Source: a bacterium (GTDB lineage: Bacteria > Babelota > Babeliae > Babelales > Babelaceae). From it: DNA of 64,000 nucleotides. Positions within the stretch are counted from its first letter, which is position 1; every line of letters starts with the position of its first letter. A program made the translations under genes and the position numbers. Positions 36,096-45,415 of the stretch are shown here, one piece after another. The DNA is taken from contig JAKAUO010000019.1 in NCBI GenBank assembly GCA_021827715.1, positions 3,290 through 67,289 on the forward strand, in the 5' to 3' direction. The notes under the pieces are model-generated. The model had not been told where the DNA came from, did no database searches, and saw only the letters and a list, made by a program, of their open reading frames with translations.

Positions 36096-38705
36096 ATGAT
36101 TCCCTTAAAACTATCTTTAAAAAATTTTCTCAGTTACGGACAAACCACCCAATATATCGATTTTGAACCGTATAACCTTATTTGTCTTTCGGGGAAAAAC
36201 GGACATGGAAAATCAGCTCTTCTTGATGCTATTACCTGGGCATTATGGGGACAAGCGCGCAAGACGCAAGGATCTGCTCGCGGGGATGAAAATCTTATTC
36301 GTTTAGGACAAAGCCATATGATGGTTTGTCTTGAATTTATGAGCAATAGCACCATTTATCGTGTACGTCGGGAACTTACCCTTACGAGTAATAAGATACA
36401 AACTACACTTGATTTGGGAATAATTGATCCAGAAAAAAATCAGATTAAAGGGCTTACTGACAAAACGATTCGGGCGACCCAAGAAAAAATTATAACCGCT
36501 CTAGGTCTTGATTATGAAAGCTTTATTAATTCTGTTTTTTTGCGTCAAGGATCTTCTAATGAATTTTCAAAAAAATCGCCTAAAGAACGTAAAGAAATTC
36601 TCAGTTCCATGTTGGGCATTACCCAATTTGAATTAATCAAAAAAAGGGCGATTGAAAAGGGAAAGACCGCGGCCACACAAAAAGATACACTCTTGCCCAT
36701 TCATGAACGATTATCCCATGATATTCTTCAAAGAGAATCACTTGAGCGCGCGTTGCAACAAACAACCCTGCAGGAAAAATTAGCAGAAGAAAAACAAACG
36801 CAGTTACAGCAACAACTTCAACGCGCTGATACCAACCTTGAGCACTTTAAGCAAGATGCTCTTGAATTACACAATGTGGCTATGGCACTCGAAAAATTAC
36901 GTATCACCTGGCAAAAAGGTGTGGAAGAACTGTCTGAAGCACGAGCAGAATTTAAAAAAATACTCACTAAAAGAATTACGCGTGACCATACATCTTCTTC
37001 AGATCTTGCTGAATTAGAAAAAGAACTTGATACAATCCAGCATGAGGAAATACAACATTTGGCATTACAGCAAGAGGCATTGAAACTTGAGCATGCACTG
37101 TCTCAATTAGCTTCAGATATTCAGACTGCACATACTCTTAAAATGCATACTGCAGATATGCACAGGCAGCATAGTGAGTCTCGTCTGCATTTGCAACAAA
37201 AACAATTAACTGTCATTAATGAAAAAATAAGCGTGTTACAACAGACGATTGAAAAAAAAACAGTCACACTTGACCGTCAAAATATCTTTAAAAAATATGA
37301 AAAACATCGAGAATATTATCAAAAATTCGTAACGCAAAAAAATAATCTTTTACTTGCGGTACAACAGTATGACCAGACCGTAAAAAGGCTGAGCCAAAAA
37401 ATAGCGCCGGCGTGTCCCATGTGCCAGCAACCTTTACAGGAAAACAAAAAAAAACTTATATGTTCAGAACAGCAGCAAAGAAGTTCACTTGCTGAGCATC
37501 AATTAAAAAGATTTCAGACGGTATTGCCCGCACTTAAGCAAACTATTATAGAGCTGCATGCTCAAGGAGAAATTCTTAAAGAAGCTGAACATTTAGAAAA
37601 GCAATTACAAGAACTTATTGATGAAGAAAAAAAACTTAACGCTGAATATACTCAAGAGAAAAATAGTGTAGAAAAAGCGCATCAAGAAAAAGAGCTTTTG
37701 ATTAAGGAACAAACGTTACTTTTATCAAACAATATCCCCTACCAGGACCTTTTACAAAAACATCATCTTCTTATGCAACAGCTTTCTTTACAAAAATCTC
37801 TTGCTGAACGTAAACTTGAATTGATACAAAAAATTAAACTCAGAAAATCAGATAATGAGCTCAATCCAGAAACTATACAAGCTCTTTTACCCCATATAAA
37901 AAAAAGAATTCATACTCTTGTTGCTCATCTTCGTTCAATAAAAAATGAGCGCCAGGAGTTAAATCAAAAAATTGCTCTTTTAAAAGAAAAAAATTCTCAA
38001 ATACCCCTGCTTGAAGAATCTATTGCTCAGATACGCAGAGAATTGAACCTATGCAATCAAGAAATAAATACCTTACTGCGTGATACGGGTTCCTATAAAG
38101 AACAACTTACACGGCTAGAGCTTCAACAAAAAGAATTAAATAGAGTTGATGTAACTATTCAAGATTGCACTAAAAGCCATGAACTATATCAAACTATTGC
38201 CCATGTTCTGGGGAAAGATGGAATACAAGCGCTCTTAATAGAACAGGCAATCCCTGAAATAGAACAGGAAGCCAATAACCTTTTGGAAAAATTAACCGAT
38301 AATCAGGCACATCTTTTTATTGAATCGGTACGTGACTTAAAAAGTGGTAAATCCAAAGAGACCCTTGATATTCATATTTCTGATGCAATAGGCATTCGGT
38401 CTTACGAGCTTTTTTCTGGTGGTGAAGCATTTAGAATAGATTTTGCTTTACGGATTGCACTTTCTAAACTTTTAGCGCGTCGTGCAGGAACCTCCTTACA
38501 AACACTTATTATTGATGAGGGTTTTGGATCACAAGATGAGGAAGGTCTTTCTCATATTATGGACGCATTGTATAAAATCCAAGATGATTTTGCAAAAATT
38601 ATTATTGTTTCGCATTTGCCCTATATGAAGGACCAGTTTCCTGTACACTTTGTCGTACATAAAACGGGTCAGGGAAGTTCTATCAAAATTATTGAACAGG
38701 GATAA
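36096..38705 (+). CDS. sbcC: SbcC/Rad50-family ATPase with a CxxC zinc hook
   Basis: Walker A GKNGHGKSALLDAI, long coiled coils, hook CPMCQQPL, signature LSGGEAFR, Walker B LIIDEGFG. Start set at ATG 36096 (MIPLKL). No sbcD adjacent. Confidence 0.8.
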   Translation: MIPLKLSLKNFLSYGQTTQYIDFEPYNLICLSGKNGHGKSALLDAITWALWGQARKTQGSARGDENLIRLGQSHMMVCLEFMSNSTIYRVRRELTLTSNKIQTTLDLGIIDPEKNQIKGLTDKTIRATQEKIITALGLDYESFINSVFLRQGSSNEFSKKSPKERKEILSSMLGITQFELIKKRAIEKGKTAATQKDTLLPIHERLSHDILQRESLERALQQTTLQEKLAEEKQTQLQQQLQRADTNLEHFKQDALELHNVAMALEKLRITWQKGVEELSEARAEFKKILTKRITRDHTSSSDLAELEKELDTIQHEEIQHLALQQEALKLEHALSQLASDIQTAHTLKMHTADMHRQHSESRLHLQQKQLTVINEKISVLQQTIEKKTVTLDRQNIFKKYEKHREYYQKFVTQKNNLLLAVQQYDQTVKRLSQKIAPACPMCQQPLQENKKKLICSEQQQRSSLAEHQLKRFQTVLPALKQTIIELHAQGEILKEAEHLEKQLQELIDEEKKLNAEYTQEKNSVEKAHQEKELLIKEQTLLLSNNIPYQDLLQKHHLLMQQLSLQKSLAERKLELIQKIKLRKSDNELNPETIQALLPHIKKRIHTLVAHLRSIKNERQELNQKIALLKEKNSQIPLLEESIAQIRRELNLCNQEINTLLRDTGSYKEQLTRLELQQKELNRVDVTIQDCTKSHELYQTIAHVLGKDGIQALLIEQAIPEIEQEANNLLEKLTDNQAHLFIESVRDLKSGKSKETLDIHISDAIGIRSYELFSGGEAFRIDFALRIALSKLLARRAGTSLQTLIIDEGFGSQDEEGLSHIMDALYKIQDDFAKIIIVSHLPYMKDQFPVHFVVHKTGQGSSIKIIEQG

Positions 38706-38708
38706 CCT

Positions 38709-39713
38709 TTAATCAATCCCACGTAAATAGGCAACAGCATCTAAAGCGGCTTTTGCTCCATCACCACTGGCAACGACTGCCTGCCGATAGCGGTCATCTG
38801 TAGCATCACCTGCCGCAAATATACCCTCGACAGATGTTTTTTGACGCTCAAGCAATGTTATGTACCCATACTTATCGCACGCAAGTAAATTTTTAATAAA
38901 ATCTGTTTCAGGTATTTGACCTATCGCCAAAAAAAGTCCCTCTGCATGAATTATTTCATGCGCCAGGGTAGATTTATTAAATATTTTAATACCGGTCATA
39001 CCTGTATCATCACCCAGGATTTCTTCTACCTCAACATCATTGCGGTATGAAATATGATTATAATTTCTTATTTTTTCTTGCATACGAGGGCTTGCTCTAA
39101 ATTCAGCACTGCGCAATAACAGCGTAATACTTTTTGCATATGACGCAAGCTGAAGAGCCTCTTCTATGGCAGAATCGCCACCACCAACAATCACCACATC
39201 TTTACCTTGAGCAAGGGTACAATCACAAACAGCACAGGTTGAAACCCCTTTTCCCCAAAATTCAGACTCTCCCGGTATACCAAGAGTGCGCGGACGTGAA
39301 CCGGTAGCAATTACTATCGCGTCAGCATAATACGTTATTCCTTCACTGGTAATTAAGGTAAAACGAGGACCCTCATCTGCAATAGAAATTGAAACCACGG
39401 CTTCATACACTATTTTCGCACCAAAAGATTCCGCCTGTTGCTCCAAACGATCAATAATAGACATACCATATTGAGGAACCACCCCAGGCATATTTTCTAC
39501 TGTTCCTGCAATAGCCAATTGTCCACCAGGCCGCGGCCCGACAAAAACCAGGGTTGATTCTCCTGAATTACCGCCATATATGCCTGCGGAATAGCCGGCA
39601 ACACCCCCGCCAATCACCGCAAGGCGCGTGCAGATCGCTTGTTTGAAATTATCAGCACTACACAGCAGTGCTGGCATGCCACCCATGATCAAAAGTGTTT
39701 TAAAAAAATTCAT
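38709..39713 (-). CDS. trxB: thioredoxin reductase (low-Mr type), possibly with a hydrophobic N-terminal leader
   Basis: VIGGGVAGYSAG, redox CAVCD, GGGDSAIEEA, AAGDATD. The leader MNFFKTLLIMGGMPALLC depends on start choice. Confidence 0.85.
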   Translation of the reverse strand: MNFFKTLLIMGGMPALLCSADNFKQAICTRLAVIGGGVAGYSAGIYGGNSGESTLVFVGPRPGGQLAIAGTVENMPGVVPQYGMSIIDRLEQQAESFGAKIVYEAVVSISIADEGPRFTLITSEGITYYADAIVIATGSRPRTLGIPGESEFWGKGVSTCAVCDCTLAQGKDVVIVGGGDSAIEEALQLASYAKSITLLLRSAEFRASPRMQEKIRNYNHISYRNDVEVEEILGDDTGMTGIKIFNKSTLAHEIIHAEGLFLAIGQIPETDFIKNLLACDKYGYITLLERQKTSVEGIFAAGDATDDRYRQAVVASGDGAKAALDAVAYLRGID

Positions 39714-39716
39714 AGA

Positions 39717-41162
39717 TTACTCAGTTATAAAACGACTTGCAAAATCAAAAAATTCTCGCTTGGTCATTACGTCATTATAGCGCCCAACTACCAACCCATC
39801 TTTTATAACGACAAAATAAGGAACTGTCGTAACACGGTAACGGTCCTTAAGTTCGGCCATTTTCTCTATATCTACTTTAACACATACTAATTTATCTTTC
39901 AGCTGTGTACCAATAGCTTGAATATAAGGCATTATTTGCAAGCATGAAGAACAAAATTTAGTATAAAAATCGATAATAACAGGAACCTTGCTTTCTAGTA
40001 CAACGCTTTTAAATTGATCCATAGATTCAATGGCAGTAATTTCAATCAGATTAGTAGCAACAACGGGATCATACAATTTCCGCTCAATTTTTTTAGCAAA
40101 AATTTCATCAAAACCGATACGTTGTAAAAATCTTTCAGCATCCAAAGCCGCCTTAACCCCATCACCACTGGCAACAGCCGCTTGGCGGTAACGTTCATCT
40201 GAAACATCCCCTGCAGCAAAAACACCTTCTTGTGACGTCTCTTGAGTTCGACATGAATGCGCAATATATCCTAAAGGCGTAAACGCTATCTGTCCCTTAA
40301 AAAGCTCGGTATTAGGCTTATGCCCTATAGCTAAAAATACACCATCAATAGGCATATGGTCAGAACCTTGGGCTGTTTTAAGTTTTATACCCGTTACACG
40401 CGATCCATCACCCTCTATTTCAGTAATAGAGGTGTTATACCTAATTTTTATGTAATCAAATTTCTTAAGACGATCCTGCATGGCAACTGAAGCGCGCATT
40501 TTATCTCCGCGGACCAGAAGGGTAATGTGTCGAGCATATGCAGTAAGCTGTAGGGCCTGTTCCGCTGCCGAATCACCTCCTCCTACCACGACCACATCTT
40601 TATCCTTGAAGAATGCCGCATCGCAAATAGCACACGCAGTTACCCCTTTGCCCCAGTGTTCTACTTCCCCTGGTACATCTTTTAGACGCTCAGGAAAAGC
40701 TCCGGTGGAAATGATTACCGATAAGGCATGCACTTGGGAATCCTCAGAAGTGACAAGTTGATACGGCCAGACAGAAAAATCTACTTTTTTTATACTTTCA
40801 TTCACCAGCACCGCCCCAAAATGCTGTGCTTGCTCTTGCACCGCTTTAATAATTTCAGGACCCTGTTTTTTGCCCATACCTGGCCAATTTTCTACTTCAC
40901 TGGTGCTCATAAGCTGTCCTCCAGCTTGCGGACCTTGGAAAACCACCGTATGCAAATGGGCCCGGGAGGTATATAATGCCGCGCTTAAACCCGCTGGCCC
41001 TGAACCGATAATGGCAACGGGAATAATATTTTTAGAGCCTTCCACCCTTTTCCAATCATAGGTTCCCGCCGGTGGCGTTTTCCCGGTAAAGCCATACCAA
41101 TAAAGTCCGCCGCACACCAAAAGCCCCAGAGTAAGCCCTAAAAAAACTGAATAAATCTTCAT
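39717..41162 (-). CDS. membrane-anchored thioredoxin reductase fused to a C-terminal thioredoxin domain
   Basis: N-terminal TM (VFLGLTLGLLVCGGLYWYG) with no internal ATG before the Rossmann motif IIGSGPAG. CAICD, GGGDSAAEQA. C-terminal Trx fold with FCSSC and cis-Pro TVPYF. Confidence 0.8.
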   Translation of the reverse strand: MKIYSVFLGLTLGLLVCGGLYWYGFTGKTPPAGTYDWKRVEGSKNIIPVAIIGSGPAGLSAALYTSRAHLHTVVFQGPQAGGQLMSTSEVENWPGMGKKQGPEIIKAVQEQAQHFGAVLVNESIKKVDFSVWPYQLVTSEDSQVHALSVIISTGAFPERLKDVPGEVEHWGKGVTACAICDAAFFKDKDVVVVGGGDSAAEQALQLTAYARHITLLVRGDKMRASVAMQDRLKKFDYIKIRYNTSITEIEGDGSRVTGIKLKTAQGSDHMPIDGVFLAIGHKPNTELFKGQIAFTPLGYIAHSCRTQETSQEGVFAAGDVSDERYRQAAVASGDGVKAALDAERFLQRIGFDEIFAKKIERKLYDPVVATNLIEITAIESMDQFKSVVLESKVPVIIDFYTKFCSSCLQIMPYIQAIGTQLKDKLVCVKVDIEKMAELKDRYRVTTVPYFVVIKDGLVVGRYNDVMTKREFFDFASRFITE

Positions 41163-41263
41163 AATAAAAGCCTATTTACCAATATATAACTTTCAAATTT
41201 TACGTATTCTAGTATACTTAAAAAGGTATAGTAAATAAATGTTTAATATTTAGGTATGGACTC

Positions 41264-43570
41264 ATGAATATAAAAAAATTTCTTATACTGATTTTATCAG
41301 TGTTTTCATTCACTACAGCCTCGCTCAAGCCAGAAGCTCCCGTTCAAGCAATAACGCTTGAAAACTCGCAGGAAATTCAACAAGAAGCCGCGCTTCAGGA
41401 AGACGAATTAATTTCCATTTGTCAACAAATACAAAAGGAGTGCTCTAAGCAAATCGATTTTTTAACCTCTATTTTGCAGCAAACAATTGGGTCTGTTCAA
41501 AAGGGTTCTATTAAAGCATCGCTTGATAAAAAAGCACTTTCACAAAAATTGTATGAGTACATAAGTCTTATGCATCTTTTGCAGGGCATGAGTGTAATGA
41601 CCGCCAATCATGAAACATTGATGCAAGTAACGGTTATCTTAAAAAATGTGATAGATAGACTGACGGTTGCTTTTGACGCGCAACTTACCATTCTTGAGGT
41701 TCCTGATATTGAAGACCTTTTGGTTACCGATAAAAACTTCACCCCTACTTTTGAGTACCTTTTTAAGCTTCTTACAAAAAATGAGAGGCGTCTTAATGAA
41801 CTTGTTCTTAAAAGCACTTCATTAGGGTTAACTACTATCAATAAGACTATTAGGTCCTTAGAAAATTTTTGTCAAAACTACAAATGGCCGCTTTTTATGG
41901 CTGGTTGCGCTGGCGCCGGGCTTATGTTTTATCAATGGCAAAAAATGCCCTTGACTATTGAGTCTCCTAATCAGACTAATGGTTCCTGGCTGTATGATAT
42001 CATAAAGAACCACTCGCCTAGTTTTGATTCTGCAGCTTTGACTGTAGCAGTAGTAAGTGGTTTATTTAAAGATCAGCTAACCCTCGTGGGTAATTACGTC
42101 GTAAATACAGCATATAAATCGATTACAAAAAAATATAACAAAATAAAAACATTTTGTGCTGAAAGTTATGATGTCTTAAAAGGCATAAATAATGTCAAGC
42201 GCGAAGGGCTTGCAACATCTCTTGATAACGTACCCGATCTTGATGACGAATCTCTGATTGGGCTAGAAGATCAAAAAAAGGAACTTTATAAAATTTTAGA
42301 GTATCTCGGGGACCCAGAACTGTATATCCGCTCAGATAATGAAATTGCTAAATGCATTATGGCAATAGGACCTTCACGATGCGGAAAAACAGCCTTGATT
42401 AAAGCACTTGGTGCAACTATCAATAAACATTATGAAGAAGTCGGTTCAAGCCTAAAAATTAAATTTATTGAGATTAATTATCTCATGATTAATTCTGCGC
42501 CCGGCATGCTCCAAGAAATCATTGAATATGCCAAAGCAAGTGCCCCATGCATATTATTTATTGATGAGATTCATCTTCTTGGGTTGCAAAAAACCGGAGA
42601 TAAAGGACTTCTTAATGATTTCTTAACACAACTTACTGAATTACATAAAATTAAAGATCCATTAAAACAAGTATTTATTATTGCAGCAACAAATCACCCT
42701 GAGCTTCTTGCGCCGGAACTCTTTAAACATGAACGTTTTGGTAAGGTGATCAGGTTTAAAAAACCGGGCATTACCGAACGTGCAAACTTCTTCTTATCAA
42801 GCTTTAAAAAGTATGGAATTAACCCTGAAGTAATTGATTTAAAAAGTATTGTTCTACAAACAAAAGAATGTGATTTTGGTCATCTTCAGCAAATTATTAA
42901 AGATGCCCGTTTTGAAGCGCGTGCCCGTGGACAAGGCGTAAATCAAGAACATTTACAGCGTGCTATAAATTCTCTTGTTCATGGATTGAATTCAACGGCA
43001 GAATTAAGTAAAGAAGAAACCCTTATTGCAGCCATTGACCAGGCAGGAAAAATCGTTACTCATTATGCCTTGGGCATTCATGAAACAATTCATCTTGCAA
43101 CGATAAATAAAGTTGATGGTAAAATTGAAGAAGATATCTTGTGGATCTCCGACAAAAAAGACACTGAGGTTATTCCTGCGCGTTATGGAACTATTATCTC
43201 TACTTCTAACCGTGAGGAAATTCCTTTTTCAGATGCAATCGAACTTGAAAAACTGTGTAAGCGCTATCTTTCTGGAATAGCGGCCCAGCAAATAATCTTA
43301 GGAACGTACTATATCGATTATACCGCACAAGATTATAGAAATGCTTTTGATATTGCCCAAAAAATAGTTCTCAAGGGATTAACACTTAAAACACTCCCTC
43401 CTGAGCAGCAAGATCGAATATTTCAAGAAACGCAAAAGCTGATGACTCAATTCGAAGCAGAAATACTGGAACTGCTGAAAACTCAGAAATCACTCATTGA
43501 AAAACTCGTTAAGGAGCTGATCAAAGACCGTTGCTTAACTGGAAAAGATATTGAAAGTATAGTACAATAA
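41264..43570 (+). CDS. FtsH-like membrane AAA+ protein with an inactivated M41 peptidase domain
   Basis: Walker A GPSRCGKT, Walker B APCILFIDEIH, IIAATNHPELLAPELF. E. coli FtsH has AYHEAGHA where this protein has AIDQAGKIV, and the downstream AEE is AQQ, so no zinc ligands remain. Confidence 0.8.
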   Translation: MNIKKFLILILSVFSFTTASLKPEAPVQAITLENSQEIQQEAALQEDELISICQQIQKECSKQIDFLTSILQQTIGSVQKGSIKASLDKKALSQKLYEYISLMHLLQGMSVMTANHETLMQVTVILKNVIDRLTVAFDAQLTILEVPDIEDLLVTDKNFTPTFEYLFKLLTKNERRLNELVLKSTSLGLTTINKTIRSLENFCQNYKWPLFMAGCAGAGLMFYQWQKMPLTIESPNQTNGSWLYDIIKNHSPSFDSAALTVAVVSGLFKDQLTLVGNYVVNTAYKSITKKYNKIKTFCAESYDVLKGINNVKREGLATSLDNVPDLDDESLIGLEDQKKELYKILEYLGDPELYIRSDNEIAKCIMAIGPSRCGKTALIKALGATINKHYEEVGSSLKIKFIEINYLMINSAPGMLQEIIEYAKASAPCILFIDEIHLLGLQKTGDKGLLNDFLTQLTELHKIKDPLKQVFIIAATNHPELLAPELFKHERFGKVIRFKKPGITERANFFLSSFKKYGINPEVIDLKSIVLQTKECDFGHLQQIIKDARFEARARGQGVNQEHLQRAINSLVHGLNSTAELSKEETLIAAIDQAGKIVTHYALGIHETIHLATINKVDGKIEEDILWISDKKDTEVIPARYGTIISTSNREEIPFSDAIELEKLCKRYLSGIAAQQIILGTYYIDYTAQDYRNAFDIAQKIVLKGLTLKTLPPEQQDRIFQETQKLMTQFEAEILELLKTQKSLIEKLVKELIKDRCLTGKDIESIVQ

Positions 43571-43609
43571 GAGGCAATCACCGCTTGTTTAATTTTTTAA
43601 GGAATTTAC

Positions 43610-44881
43610 ATGAAGAAATTATTTTTAATTGCATTGGCTTTTTGCCTGAGTCTCTCATATTTTTGCTTTGGAGAATCGCAGCAAGCAGTAGATAAAGTAT
43701 ATAAGCAGCAGCAGGATTTTGTCATAAGTCTTCTTAAGCAATGCAAAGAGCGGCAGACTCAAAAGGCCGCTCGTGAATCGCTTGAAACATTAAGCGGCTT
43801 TCTTAAACAATTTCCTTCTGCGCTTGAATGTGTTATTGATACCTTTCAAGTCTGTCTCGATCACAACTGTAAGGATATTCCGGCACATGTTACTAAATGC
43901 ATAGACAACTTTAGAGCAACCTCTGCAAATAAAGACTTCATGGATTACCCTGATATTCATATGGTGCAGCCGAAATTAAATGCTTTAATAATCTGTTACT
44001 TTAATTTTCAACTCAGCCCACTCGGCGCAGTTGATCATTATGGCCAGAGTTTTTTACAAAGAACTAATCTTGATACCTATCTTTCACTTGCTCAACCTAT
44101 TATTACCTTTATAGGAATTTATGCATTATTAAGCTATAGCATTAATTACTTGAACAACACTTTTGAAATAAACTATAAGCATGACAAAAACCCTTTCTTG
44201 CAAGAGGCAACATCAACTACTTTTAAGGCAATTACAGCAAGCCTTTTCGTACCGGAAATACGTCCAAGTCTTGAGAGAACCCAAAAGTATATTAAAGAAA
44301 CTTTCAGCAAAAACTACGCCCAAATTATTAATAAAAATCGCAAATCGGGTTATCCTGCAAAACCAGCAAAAGAATCATTTAGCACCATTAAAGGTTACGG
44401 TGACACTAAATTACTGCTCACGCCGTATATCGATTTTTGCGCCCATTTGACTGAATACAGATCTGCAGATTTAAGAATAGCACGCGGGATTTTACTTGAA
44501 GGTGATTTAGCCGATGGAAGAAGAATTGCTCAAGCCTTTGCCGGTGAAATAACTCAAAAATACAAATCACTCGGATCCAGCACGCAATGTCTTGTCTATG
44601 AAATTCATGGCTCATCTTTGGTTGATAAGAAATTGGATAAGGTCCTTGAAGAATGCTTAGAATTCGCCCCCTGCGTATTGATTATTAATAACCTTGATTG
44701 GGTATACAAGCAAAAAGATGTTGCCCCTGAAGTATATGCTCATATTATTAATAAGCTCAACCGCTACTTGGCTCAAGATAGCAATTTCCCTGTTACTATT
44801 TTTGCTACCTCTCAAGATCACACCGTTTTGGACCCAGTGCTTCTTGAATTTAATAAGTTTGAAGTGATTCCACTCGCTTAA
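43610..44881 (+). CDS. FtsH/AAA-like paralog with degenerate Walker A and B motifs and no peptidase domain
   Basis: RGILLEGDLADGRRIAQAFAGE (vs GPPGTGKT), APCVLIINNLD (vs IFIDEID), IFATSQDHTVLDPVLL. Signal/TM, periplasmic domain and TM topology like the upstream gene. Confidence 0.6.
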   Translation: MKKLFLIALAFCLSLSYFCFGESQQAVDKVYKQQQDFVISLLKQCKERQTQKAARESLETLSGFLKQFPSALECVIDTFQVCLDHNCKDIPAHVTKCIDNFRATSANKDFMDYPDIHMVQPKLNALIICYFNFQLSPLGAVDHYGQSFLQRTNLDTYLSLAQPIITFIGIYALLSYSINYLNNTFEINYKHDKNPFLQEATSTTFKAITASLFVPEIRPSLERTQKYIKETFSKNYAQIINKNRKSGYPAKPAKESFSTIKGYGDTKLLLTPYIDFCAHLTEYRSADLRIARGILLEGDLADGRRIAQAFAGEITQKYKSLGSSTQCLVYEIHGSSLVDKKLDKVLEECLEFAPCVLIINNLDWVYKQKDVAPEVYAHIINKLNRYLAQDSNFPVTIFATSQDHTVLDPVLLEFNKFEVIPLA

Positions 44882-45312
44882 AAGGTATCAATCAGAGCTA
44901 ACCGTTCAGCATAACGGCCACCTTTAAATTCGGCATTTAACCAGCAGGAGATTATTTCCTTAGTCTCCTGCTGCGTCACATAATCAGCCGGTATCACTAA
45001 AACATTACAATTATCATCTTCTTTTGCCTTCTGAGCAATCATTGCTTTCCAGGCTACGCACGCAAAAACTCCTTTAAATCTATTGGCGGCGATAGCCATG
45101 CCATTGCCACTACCGCACAAAAGAATAGCGCCCTCAATCTTATCCTGGTGCATTTGTTGAATCGCTTGATGTGCAAAAAGAGGATAATCGGAACGTTCGG
45201 CAGTAAAAGCACCGATATCAAGCCAGAGTCCAGGCAACGATTTAATATATTCTTTTAACTCAAAACCCCGATGGTCGGATCCTAAAATTATTTTTTTTGC
45301 TTGCAGTTTCAT
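44878..45312 (-). CDS. rpiB: ribose-5-phosphate isomerase B
   Basis: LGSDHRGFELK and CGSGNGMAIAANR. 144 aa. Confidence 0.85.
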   Translation of the reverse strand: MKLQAKKIILGSDHRGFELKEYIKSLPGLWLDIGAFTAERSDYPLFAHQAIQQMHQDKIEGAILLCGSGNGMAIAANRFKGVFACVAWKAMIAQKAKEDDNCNVLVIPADYVTQQETKEIISCWLNAEFKGGRYAERLALIDTF

Positions 45313-45415
45313 ACATCGCCTTTTTTGTCTACCTTCTGAACTCTCACTTAATCTAAAAAAAGAAGATATACTTACACAAGAGACCTAACATTTTATAGAG
45401 GAACATTGTGAGCCT

